DNA of 64,000 nt. Origin: Gordius albopunctatus (taxonomy: Eukaryota). The position numbers were made by a program, and so were the translations under genes. The stretch is taken from contig OZ193910.1 of the NCBI GenBank assembly GCA_964276515.1, forward strand, positions 2,976,001 through 3,040,000, in the 5' to 3' direction. Below, in pieces: positions 1 to 12,800 of the stretch. Position 1 is the stretch's first letter, and each line of letters starts with the position of its first letter. The notes beneath the pieces are model-generated. The model was not told the origin of the DNA. It was given only the letters and a program-made list of their open reading frames with translations, and ran no database searches.

Positions 1-900
1 ATGTTATATTTTACTAACTTAATCGTGATGAAAATAAAGTATTTAGCGATTTGGAGAAAAGGCCCCAGGATTTTTTAAGGAAATTTCAGTGAGATCGTTT
101 AAAATGAAAATTGTAGTAGAAGTTAAATAAATATGAAGTAAATAGAATAAATTTATGGGCTAATTAAAAATTAGTATTTTAGACAATATAATTCTATCTG
201 AAAAATTATTTGTCTTATATGCTTGCAATTTTTATTTTGTTTAATTTTGTAACTTGTTTTTTATGTAGTTGCTTCCACAACATTATTTAAAACATGAAAT
301 GAATTAAGGATTTTTTTTATTATATAGATATATAGTAGCAAGAGAATAAATGATCGAAAATATTTCTCTTTAATTTCGGAATGCTCCTTATATAATAATT
401 AAACTTTGTTTTTTAATTTTTTTCTATTTTAAGAGACAGTTATTATTTGTATAATAAAAAAATGAGTTTATCATATTTACACTAGTAACAAATAATGTAA
501 ATTTTTCGAGCAGCTCTTACTCATTCGTCCCCTTTCCTATTTTAGGTTTTAACGTTAGAAGGGTAAAAAAATTTCCAATAAAAATGTTTTATGTAAAACT
601 GGAATTTGTTTATTATATATTATCTGTTCAACATCGCTGTTAGGTAAAAGAAAATATATCAAAAGATCCGAGTTTAACATACACTTGTAAAATATATTAA
701 AATTTAGAATGAATATTAGAAAAAATTCGACCAAATTTGTTACGATTATCTTACCAGAAGATGCAAAATGTAGAAACGGACATTATAGCTAAACCTTAAC
801 GGATCATAAATTTGAAGCTGACACTATAAATATAGACGTCGACATATTTTTATAATCAAATAGTAATAAAGGTATGTAGAAAAGGTGGGAAAATTACATC

Positions 901-3503
901 CTATTCCTTTGGCTTAGTGTTAGAGCTATTGGCAGCATCCGCTGTCATTTTACCAATGATTTCATTGATGCCCTTTATTAATTTAATATCTTTGACCTCG
1001 CTTACAATTTCCTGTTTTAATTTCGTCTTTTTTTCACCGTCGGATTTCAATCCATCGCTTATCACTGCTTCAATTGAATTGTCTGAATTGGCTTCTGTAC
1101 ACGAAACTTTGGATTCCGACTTAGGTAATACCTTTTCTTTTAGCTCTTTTAATATCTTAGTTGATTGAATGCTCGATTTGGGATTATCATTTTTATTATT
1201 AATCAATTTGTCCGTTAGTAAAATTTCCGATACCTTTTCAATAGATTTATTTTTCTCCTTCCTTTTCTTCTTAATTATGTGACATTTTTCCAAGATATAC
1301 CGCGGACCCTCCCAAAAAGTATAATCTACACTCTTTTTTTCATAAGCATTAAGTTTGTTCGATTCCACTTCGTATTGTGTCTTCTTTATCAACGTAGAAG
1401 TCTCATTAGATGAAGGTGCTATTGGAAAGTCTTTAGACGATTCAGTTGGAGACACCTTAAACTGAGCGTGTACGAGTGCTTGTGACTTAAGTCGTTTTAC
1501 CTCCTTCCTGTGCGCCCCGTATAAGACAAGGAGCCTGTATAATTCCAACATGATTATTAGAGAGTTTTTAGTGGTAAAAAAAATGCTCATTATGCTGTGT
1601 ACGTTATATCGCGTTATTAAGATAACTCTAAGGATTAGGAATGGAATGTCTTGGAAAATTAAATTGGAACTGACCCCCATGACGTCTATGAACATCTGAT
1701 ATCGTACCTTAACTAGTTTGGTATAAAAGATAGTTCCTAGTCGAGATTTTTTGGATTTTGAGGTTGTTAGGACAAATGTGAATTGCGCAAAACTCCAGGT
1801 CCATACTATTAATATGGCCATGCATAAGTTGCGATTTTTGTTGACCTCTTCTTCGTGAAAAGCTTCGAAAATTTCCATAATATCGGCTGCTGTTCCTATG
1901 TACACTAAGAGAATTTGTGATAGCTGATCTCTGCTGAGATCTCCCTTTGGCAATAACCAACGGCCTAGTATCAGCATAAAAACTATTAACTGCTCCAATG
2001 TTAGGATCCAACCTTCTTGAGTGAGTCGTATAGGCAGTGTAATCTTGAACAAAAGTTTAAAAATTTTAATAAATATATGAAGTGTTTCAAATTTATAAAA
2101 AATAAAGGTATTTAACCATAAAAGAAAATTTGATTATTGTTTCAGTTAGTGATAAAATATAAAGCTTTTATAATAAAAAAGAGATTAGGTATTCTTATTT
2201 TGGTTTCTGAACCCCTTTTATTAATAAAATACAAGTAGATCCTCAGTGGCACGCCTATGGGTGGATGGATACACAAATCAAAAAGTCCCAAGTAGAATGA
2301 TATATAATGCGCTGGGAACAAGACAAATCCCAAATAAAAACATATATACTAATAAGCAAAAAATCGCTTGACAACCGTAGACAAATATATATAGAGAAGA
2401 GGCATGAGTTCTGCCTTGATTATATGATAAATTTCCTTCTGGGAAATGTTTATTTTTTAAATTTATAAAGCGTTCTATACTCCGAGTGCCTTATCATGAT
2501 CGGGGGTATGTATAAAGCCTTTGCGTTCGTTAATAGATTCGCAGGAGAGGTAGCGAGAACCTGTAAGTTGGTGCTGTTGAACGTGTTTGTCTATTTTATA
2601 CAACTCCAGCAACCAAATAGAAGGTATCACACTGACTAGGTAAAACAAAACGCTCGGACAAAACCTAACGTTATGCACACAAACATATGTTTACCTTCCA
2701 ATAAAAAATAAATAAAAACTAGTTATATAGTGTAAAAATCTTTTAAATTTTTGAAATAAAGTATCCAATATTATTTTCCATTTTCGTAATAATTTGATTG
2801 AGAATATTCAAAATAATGAATTATATATTTCAAAAATAATGGCAAAAAAAGCGGAATTGCTTAATACCTAAATATATAGAATTTACCCCGGGCTTGGTCG
2901 ATGAAATACCCTGATTTAAAAAACCGGGTTGGCTTCAAGCAGAAAAATTTACAAAAAGTAGAAAATTTATAAAACTTGCAACAATTGATATAACTGAAAT
3001 GTTGCGACAGTGAACATTTTAATTGATATAATTTCGTTAAATTTACCCCGCAATATTATATAAGCACTTAAATCCTATTAAAATCAAATTTAATTGCTTT
3101 AAGTTGTCATTTTTTTGATTCCTTTAGGTCTTTTGGCCAGATCAGGTTTAAATTCATAAAATTAACTTAAATTTACATTATAAAGGAGTATTGCATAGAT
3201 TTAGCCAAAAAAACGTAATTGAATTTGAAGGCAAATCGAGTTTTCTTAAAATTCTGCATTAAATCAATTAAAACTTGGAATAATAATCAAATAAACTTTA
3301 AAAATGCTTTACCATTTGTATTCTTTCCCTTTGCGGTGTATAACACTGACAGCCATTTCTACGAACATGGGCCAAAGCAAGAAAGCTAAGTACCAATATA
3401 TCGGGTTCTTTTTAATAGCTACAACCCTCCAAAGTGTCAAAAATGAATGAACCGTAAATAAAAGTCGAACTAGAACGGCTTTTCCAATGTCACAAACATT
3501 CAT
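901..3503 (-). CDS. TMEM26: Transmembrane protein 26-like, 3 exons (~505 aa; in-frame upstream ATGs at 3581 and 3608 are possible)
   Basis: Exons 3503-3313, 2664-2481, 2043-901 join in frame through GT-AG introns. The product has the TMEM26 motifs KGKEYKWFCPSVLFYL, EQLIVFMLILGRWLLPKGDLSRDQLSQILLVYIGTAADI and QDIPFLILR. Confidence 0.9.
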
Positions 3504-4338
3504 AAGTCCTCTCCAAGTGTCGGAGTAGAAAGATCTCCTCCTAGTCTCTCTAAAAAACTGTCCCCAAAATCGAAGTTTCATGGAAAAAAATTGAAAAGTG
3601 AGGACCATTAATTAATAACACTGCATAGGGGATTGGAATTCTGTTAATTGTATTATATATTAATCGATGATCTTAAAATGGGTTTAAAAAATAATTTCCG
3701 GGATCCATTAATAATGTCTAAAACGTTAAATGAAAAAAATTATTATTAATGAAAAACGCTTATAGACATACCTGGCGTTTAGCGAGCAGTGGTCGATTGG
3801 CGATGCTAGAATAAATAATATATGATCGATTGGCTTATTTAAAAGGGGGAAGTTTGCCTTATATTTTGGGGTATGTCCGGCTATGGTAGCGAAGGAAATG
3901 GTAATAATCATTAATTTTTAGCCATGACACTGTCTAAACATTCTGGGGTAGGGCTACCTTAACCGACCGGAATTTTATTTAATGTTAATAGATGTGAAAA
4001 ATGTCGAAATTTTATACAAACAGCCGAGCCAAAGGCTTTGCTTTCTCATCTTTCATTATCTCGATTACACTGATTTACCAGCTGATCAGGATGAGTTTCA
4101 TTTTTTGAGGGGTAAAATAATAAATGCTCACTAAATAAACAGATGCGCCCACAGCAAATACACAAAATCCTCGGGTGACATTGAATTCATTGCACAACCT
4201 AAAAACATGAAAGAATTTAGTTAATAACTTATTACTATATGGTTAATATTAGGCTACAGTGAAAAAAATTTTAGAGTTTTTTTTAGTTTAAATGCTTTAT
4301 TACTTTGTTACTCTGCCTGCTTATCTTATATATGACTA

Positions 4339-4375
4339 CTAGCTGACCCAGCAAACGTTGTTTTGCTATATAGAT
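4339..4375 (-). mobile_element. Helitron-like 3' terminus (extent of the element unknown)
   Basis: The minus strand reads AGCAAAACAACGTTTGCT (hairpin)-GGGTCAG-CTAG-T, matching the Helitron end at 38645-38676. Confidence 0.55.
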
Positions 4376-5177
4376 TATTTCTAGAAAATACTATAAGCGA
4401 TGTGCATGCTCATCCTTATGCCTCGATCATATAATGAGCGATTAAAATATAATTGTCCTATGGGAAATAATTCACGAACTCAATGTAGGAAGAATTGACA
4501 CGCTAAATACAAAATATAAACACATAAAGCAAAGTACTTAGCATCAAATTTTTTATTGCTTTGCTTTACACATTTTGCCCATATAAACATACTGTCAAAT
4601 AAATTAATACATGCCTAAAGAATTATTTAATTTGTAAATTGCCACAGATTTGTTTTTTTATTAAAGGTGTAAAAAACTTTTTTGGCCCTACCGCAAAATC
4701 ACGATTCTGGCAAATGTCCGTTTTCGGACTTCAATCAAAACCCCAACACCCCCCTTGAAAATCTGTTTTATTTTTGCGCCTGAAAATATTTTAGCGCGTC
4801 CAGCTTTTCACTTATTTGGGCAAACTACAATTCAGCTTACATCTGCTTACAAACTTTAGGTATATCATTGGCCGCCAACTGAGCTTTATTGCAATAGTCT
4901 CATTGTTATCATGTTTAGCTGATATATTGTGTAGTTTAAGCCAACAGGTACCATTATAGACGTAGCCCGACCCTCTACCCTCAATTTGCCCTCCGTTAAT
5001 TTTTACTATTGCTTAAATTGTATAGGAGATGAATACTCCCATACGAATTTAGAAGAGCCTAATAAGGCCACACAAAGACAGCAAGTAGGCAGGGGTTTAA
5101 GGGGCGGAGCTCCTTGAGTAAGGTTTAGAGGGGCAGCCCCAGCCGGAGTACAGGAGTGAAGCCCTTTGTTTGAATTT

Positions 5178-5500
5178 TCTTCTTCTTTATCAGTTATTTG
5201 GTCCCGCGGTCGTGGGGTTTGTTTTGATAAGTTTCTTGCATCTTGACCGGGTGAGTGCCATGTCTTGACTACTCTTTAGTTTTCATAACTTTATCGCCTT
5301 GCCCGTTCCATGTGACACGGGGTCGTCCTCTTCCTCTCTTGTCCGGCACCTCCATGTCCAGTACTTTTCGATTTAGGTCATTTGTGTCCCCCTTAGTATA
5401 TGTTCATATCACCTTAACCAATTTTTGGCAATCATGTCCGCCAAGTTGACAAATTTATTTTTTATCTGTTTGAACTAATCTTATGACACCTAAAGCCATC
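5178..5500 (-). mobile_element. RTE-clade LINE 3' fragment
   Basis: Minus-strand remnant RKVLDMEVPDKRGRGRPRVTW (RTE-type C-terminal GRGRP..TW motif), followed by a short (AAG)n tail. The 5' limit is approximate. Confidence 0.6.
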
Positions 5501-5693
5501 AATGTGGGTTAACAGATTTGGCTCTAAAAATGACACTTGTCACTAAGTAAGTGAACGAATCTTAATATTAAATTTAAAATAATTTTATGGCGCACTTACC
5601 CATTAATTTTAGCTTAAAATATTTATTTCGCTCTATAAACGAAAATTATGACATTTACCACCAAAGTAAGTTGACAAATATAATTTTTATATT

Positions 5694-5862
5694 CATGGGC
5701 CTAGCCAAGGGGAGGCAGGGAGGGGCGGCTGCCCCCCTCTAAATCCAAAAAATTGTTGAAATTTATTAAAATCATGGATAAAATTTCAAAAATAATCATT
5801 TTGCCCCTCCCTAAATCATTATTGCCCCCCCCCCTCTAATCCCACTGCTGGCTACGCCCATG
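5694..5862. mobile_element. hAT-type MITE (CATGGGCGTAGCC family)
   Basis: ~170 bp with CATGGGC.TAGCC terminal inverted repeats; same body as the copies that retain 8-bp TSDs. Confidence 0.8.
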
Positions 5863-6865
5863 TAAATATATATATATATAAAAGGACGAGGGGTAGAATA
5901 TGAAAGTAATATATTGATTAGTAATGTAACGCAAATGATAATGAATAGGTATGAAGAAAGGAATATAATAATTAAGCAATATTTATTAAAGCTAGGAGGG
6001 GATGGGACGCGAAATGTATAACAAACAAAAAAAACAAAAAAAAGTTATGTATATAAAAACATATGATTTTACCAACTCGTCTTTGGCCTACAATATTATA
6101 ATATATAATTATAGCGATAATATAATCTGTATACGTAAAAGATATAATAAATAAAACTATTCCTTAAATATCTGATTGTAATACTATTCGTTCAAATTAC
6201 TATAGTGATAATCTTAATAAAATAAAAGTAGCATTATATGAGTGATGTATCTTCACCTCTTCTTTAATAGACTCCAGAAATTTTAAAATTAAATTTTGCT
6301 ATTGAAATTGCTATTGATTTTTTTTGCCTATTTCTTTGAATAAACCAACGCCGTTAACGATATTTTTTAGTCTAATAAAAATTTAAATTCTTTTAACTTG
6401 ACTTATTGTATATTGATCGTTAAGTTTTCAACAAACCATATTTTAAGCCAGTTCACCGGAAACCCAAAACTTTGATAAAAATTTACCCCAAATAATATGT
6501 AATGGCATTAATTTTCAAAAATCTCTAATGCTTATAGCCTAATAGAAAATAAGCTAGTATCTTTGAGAAACCTCAAAACTTTAGCCAATTTAACGAAAAG
6601 AAATATATAATCCACACCAAATAGATGTTGTTAAAATGCATTTATTGTGTCATTTACACCGAATAAAGGCGGGGGAAATGGGGGGTGGTTTGGAGTTATA
6701 ACGTTCGAAGGTTCAAAAAGAGGATAGAGAATGGTAGAAGGAAAGAAAAGAAATAAACCCGTGGTCGATAAACACACATTATAACGATGGATAACACAAT
6801 TGGGACCCCATTTAATCTCTTCGGACAAATTAAATATTATTGATTGAGGTCCTAAGCTTGAGTCT

Positions 6866-9800
6866 TCAGCAATCGCTTCCTTTTTTCCCCGAACTGTTGT
6901 GCTGGGTAGTTTGAGCTGTAGAATTGGAATTGTTGTTGTTAAAATTGCTTTGCGATGATAGTAAGGCGTTAGTCGTACTATTTATGAGATTATTTGTGTT
7001 GATGGAGGTATAGGGGGCACCTAACCCGTACAAGTGGCCTGAGTACTTGAGATCATCTATACTGTCTTCGAAATACATCTACGTACAAAGAAGAAAAGGC
7101 TTAAATTTTGTGTGTGTGCTTATATTGGTGTCGTAAAAAGACCCAAATTTGTTTAGTCCACCTTTGATACAGGCTAGAGGACTAAGGGCCGACTCAACAA
7201 AAACACACCAAATCCTCAGGTCTCTTTTTTCAAATTTTGACTAAACCTAGAGCGACTAACACCAATGATCGACTAAACAAAACCCAGGTCGTTTTACAAC
7301 ACTAGTGAGTACTACTAGTGTAAAAATTAACGTTTTCCACTGAAAAATACCATATAACTCTGTCAGTTATCAATGTATTCCTCCCCCGCCCCCCCCTGGT
7401 TTTCGGGGGGGGGGCTCTTAATATAAGCATACTTACTTCGCGCATTTTGAAAAAAGCAGCTCCGGTGAGCAAGCTATCGCTACCAGCGGTGTGTTGTGGT
7501 CCGATCCTTTCCAGCTAAGTAAAGATAACAATTATATAAATGTTGAATATTCGATTGAAAGGCGCATAATGTAGATAAAATATAATTCAACATTACATAT
7601 GCATCCAAAATCAATAAAATTTTCAGTATAAAAATGAAAATTTGGGAATATCTAAATCATCAAACATTTAAGGATATAGAAAGAGGGGGGGGGGGCATTT
7701 CCCTAAACCGTCTTAATTTATATTGTCGATCTCCCGCCCTCTGTCCCCAAATCCATCTTTAAAAGGTAACGGGCCGGGCGAGCCCAATTACTCTTAGCTA
7801 TTTGTGAATACAGCGTAAAGGAGTGGTGCTGGTGGGATATAATCCATAAGAGCAAAGTGTGTAATACAATCTATGAAATATGAATACAGCTGAACGTATT
7901 AAAGAGCGCATAGGTAGAGGCCTGCAAAATAAAATTACTTCGGCCCCATCCCGGCCCGACTTCTGAATTTTTATTTTTCCCGAGCCCAAAACATTTTTTT
8001 ATTTTTGCCCGACCCGATCCAATTTTAATTATATTTTTGAAAATTATATCACCACATCTAAATATAATTTGCAACTGGGATAACTTTGAAATACAAAATC
8101 CATCATTTTCGCTCGTTACAATTTATTCAGATAATAATCATTTAAAACTAAAAATCAAACTTTATAAAATATATTTTCAACAGTTCCAAATAAAAAAACT
8201 TTTGAAATATTTGCTTATCTTATTTCTAAAGTTGTAACGGCTATTATGAATCTATTTAAATACTAAAATATGGTTTGCTATTCAGGTCAGTTATATTATA
8301 ATAGACAGAGGGAAAAAGCTGAAGTTTGGAAGCTAAATAATGTAGGCTATGCGAAGATAATTACACGGTTCAACAAGAAAAATTAACAGGCAAACTGTTT
8401 CCAGATTCTGGTAGAGTTTTAAACGGTGAACACAAATATGTTTTTAGTTTTTTACCTATACGTCAAGTTTTTTAAATATTTGTTGTCAAAGTTGCCAAAA
8501 ACGCGATTTTAGCGTTTTTCAAACGTAAATAACTTGCAAATTAGTCGGTAAAATTTTTCTTTAATAGATTTAATACGTAGAGATAGGGGAGAGGAAAGTA
8601 TTCACAATTTTTTTTTATCCTAGCACATTTACTTTTTAAATTATATACAACATTAACTATCCCTATCTTTTACATTGACAAATTACACCAGACTTGAGGG
8701 CGCCCTCCCTTCTCTTCAATACTAGGAATTAAGTGCGTGTTGTTGTTTATCTACTCTACTACTACTATTACCCCCTTATTTTTCACGCTCGAGTAAAAAA
8801 TAAGGGGGGGGGGGAATGAGCCTGTTCGATACCAGGGTTTATATCAATCAAATCTGCCAAATGCCCGGTTACTTACATCTCTCTCAACCAAGCAACCACG
8901 GCTGCCAGTGATATCAACTGGGTTATTAACCAGCATGGTGCTGGTTATGATGGTAATGGGCGAGATATGGTATTAGCATTTTGGCATAACAACACTAATG
9001 GTAAGTGATGTGTGCAAATTAACAGGTTTAGCACTATACAAGCAGAACCAATTCGAGCCGATTAACATCACTAGTTTTATTTAGAGATATAATTGAAAAT
9101 TAATATCTAAAAAATGAGTTGGAACGACTATCTAATTTGTTTAAATTATTATCCCTGAAAAGTGGTTTGAAAAATAAGCTTTAAATGCTCATTTGTTCCT
9201 CCGCAGGGAAATGTTTATCTACTTTATTAAGAAAATGTATATAAAAGTATAGCTAGCGTGTTAAGTTGCTATAAAAAGAAAACATATGTATATGAAGATG
9301 TAGTATAGACGTTGAGAAGGAAATATGAGGTGACAAACGCGAGAGATTCGATGGGAGGGGGGGGGGGGTTAGCATGTTAAGTTTCTTGGGGGATGTTGGA
9401 TACATGATGGACGTATATATTTCGTGACATATGGATGACATTTGCAACCATCAGTCGGAGCATTGTCATGACATAGTTTTTGGCGCAGAGTTTGCGGATT
9501 AACGCGTCATTAGGTCTATGTCATGATCCCAAGGCTCCTAAGATGATGGGCTCGATTGATATCGTTTTGTAATGTTGAAGGAGTGCTTGGCGAACACCGT
9601 CGTACTTGTGAATCTTGGTTTGACGGGCAATATCTAAGGCTGCGATGCGGTTGTCAAAGGGAATGGCTACGTCGATAATTATGGCCTCGGTTCCTTTGGC
9701 AATGACCTAGTCCGGGCGTAGTCCTGAACCATCGACCGTCGTGTTGTCTCCTACCGCCTTATAAGTCTTTTTGGCGACATCCTTGAGTCTATTGACCACC

Positions 9801-12800
9801 AGATTGTGCCGCTTGGTGTAGGAAGCAGAATACTTCATGCAATGGTCCAGGACATGAGGTAGCGTTTCATCAGCCATCCCGCATCGCCGGCACTTTTTGT
9901 CTTTCCCCCGGTTGGTAATAGCACCCTTTAGGGGCAGTTGGTTGAGCCTCGCCCGATGGATGAAGCGCCAGTCAGAAAATAGTGTATACCGTCCATCACG
10001 CACGAATTGATGGCTGGCCGGGTGATTAGCAACGCACTCCATAACCTTGCCTTAATCGGGTAGAGATATAAGTTCGTTAGCTAATCGGTCTCTCGTGTAA
10101 GTGCGAAGGGAATTCACGTGCTTTCTTCTCATGTTTGGATCAATCCGAAGGTGGTCCTTGGTGATGAAGATAGCGTCGTCGTGAATTCCCAGGAGAGACC
10201 GATTTGACTGGATGCCTTCCTTGCCATTGTCCAAGTGTTGGCAAAACGGTTTGACTGTCCATTGAATGGCGCCTCGAGGGATCCGGATAAGAATTTCCCG
10301 AGAAACTCCGGTGTAATTATGGTGGCCTTAGGGCAGATCTGGCCAGATCCTTTACCCTTGGATCGCGGGAGGTAAGGAGTTTGAAGGCGTTGTCGACCGA
10401 GAAAATATCCGAATCAATAGCGCACTGAGGAAATCCCAGAGCCCCCTTTTTCGAAGACCCATAGAAGTAGCCATTGGCCGAATGGACGGTTAGATTACAA
10501 TTATTCCTGAGGAGGGGACGTAGTAATTTGTCCAAACCCACCCAGTCGCTTTTGGTGTGGGACTCCATTCGCATGGAGTGAGTCAACGTCAAAAATAAGA
10601 ATGTCTTCAGGGCGTCTGCGCGTTGCCACGGAGTAAGGCACGACGTCATTAGCCTCTCAGCAACATTCTTCCTTTCTTCCATGTCACCCATCGACTTGGG
10701 TATGGAAACTCCGATAGGTTTGCCTAAAAATTCCTCGAACTCTCCTGAGCCCAGAGTACGCAGAGGAACATTTGCAAGGAAGAATTGGGTCGGGACAGTT
10801 CCATAAGGAGTTCCCTTAGCGCGGAGAGTGACGCATATGGAGGAGTTGATGGTTAAGCCCACTCGCTGCGACATGGATGCAACTATATCCAGTGAAGCCG
10901 AGAGGTCGGACTGGGAAGGGGCCAGCAGCAACAGGACGTCGGCATAGGCCAGCACACGGGGATCAAGGTGGCCGGACTGTAGACTCCCCAAGATAAGATC
11001 CACTGCAATATTGAAAAGGAGCCCCGACAGCGGGCATCCCTGTTTAATACCTGATTTGATTGGGATCGAAGCTGTCCTGCCCTCCTTGGCAGCAAAGGTC
11101 GTAGACGAGTTGGTGTAGATGTCACGAACGATTGCTACCAGTTCGGGATCAACCCCGATGGCCTCAAGTGATAGGGCGAGGGCCTGATGCGGGACTGTTG
11201 AAAATGCGCTGGCAAAGTCCATCCAAGCAAAGTAGACGTCCATCCTACGGAATTTAGCTTCTTCTAAGGTGCGACGAAGAACGTAATTATGTTCTAAGAC
11301 ATCGTCGAATGGCATAAATCCCTTTTGAGCAGGACTTAGGGCTTCGTTGCTTTCCAGCCACCGAGACAACCTGTGACATAAGAGGCCGGTGTAGATTTTG
11401 TAAATTGTACAACTCATTGTGATTGGCCTCCAGTTTTTGATGTCCCCCACATCTCCCTTTTTGTGGACAAGGATAGAATCTGCAACTTTCCAGGCGTCCG
11501 GGATGCGGTGGTACTTGAGGCAGATATTAAAGATAGCCCCCAGCAACTTTCCGCATGGATCCATGCGAAGCCAGTTTGCATATGTGATTCTATCCGAGCC
11601 AGGAGCAGTATTCTCTGTCCATTCGACTTTGGATACGACTTCTTTGGAAGAAAAGGGGGCAGTTTGAGGGGTTCTGTGACTTTAGGTGGAATATCAAACA
11701 CTGATGGGTCAGTTTCATGTTTGCTACCGATAAGTTGTTTGTAAAAACCCTCGACGGTGCTTACCTCTAATTGGCATCGGGGAGAATCACCATCCAGAAT
11801 TAAACGGACGGCATTCCTACGATTCCGCTTATAGAGGCTTTGCATGACCTTGGCATCCGTCACATCCAACTTTGGTACGTTGTGTCTGGGGCGTGGGGGC
11901 TTGATCTTCAGCAATCGGCAAGCCTCAGCCGTGATGCGTCCAAGAAGTCCTTGAAAAATCTCCTAATTTTCCAGAGAATTGTCTCTCCGCTCGATATTGC
12001 TGAGCTCCTGAAAAAATTGAGAGGGAAGTTTCGTCTGTAACGGGTTGGAAAAACCGATTGCTTACGCGTCAAGGACTCTTTCAAAATCAGAAAAAAACTA
12101 TGCCTCGATTGACAAAGTAGCGAGGGCATTGTTGTTTGGCTGTGAAAAATTCCACCCCTATATATTTGGAAGCAAGTTTACCTTGCGGACAGACCACAAA
12201 CCTTTGGAGCGGCTATTTGGCGGATATCAGGATATCTCCAAAATTGGCAACAATCGATGAATAATGTGGTCGTGGAAGTTGTCTGCCTATGATTATAGTT
12301 TAGAATATCGACCTGGGAAAGAAAATTGCTTTGCAGATGCCTTGTCGCGACTACCCTTATTATCGGAAATTAACGAGGGGCTATCGGAAGATGAAAAAAT
12401 TTTTACCTGCCTAAAGTCAATTACGCTAGAAGACTTACAGGTGTCAGAAAAAACAATCGCGAAGGAAACTCTTGGTGATAGCACGCTCAAGAAAGTCTTA
12501 ATATATATAGATCAAAGTTGGAATGTAAACAAAAATGCCGTCGGCGAAAATGTATTACCGTATTTCAATAGGAAAAGTGAATTATGTTCGGATAAGGGTA
12601 TCATACAATGGAACGGTCGAATAGTCATACCAAAGACACTACGTAAATCGTTATTAAATATTTTGCATAGAGGACACCCTGGGATTCACGCAATGAAATC
12701 TATTAGTAGATATTATGTTTACTGGCCAGGTTTGGACGTAGACATTAGTCAATTTATTGCGAATTGTGGTAATTGTCAAAGGAACCGCATAAATATTCCT

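Noticed and set aside
3127..3146. GGTCTTTTGGCCAGATCAGG resembles the U2 snRNA 5' region
   Set aside because: Only ~20 bp with several mismatches. There is no GTAGTA branch-pairing motif or Sm site, so it is probably chance.
6866..7078. Stand-alone 70-aa ORF
   Set aside because: It is the last exon of CNOT7: an AG acceptor directly precedes the ATG and the KYSGHLYGLG motif is present.
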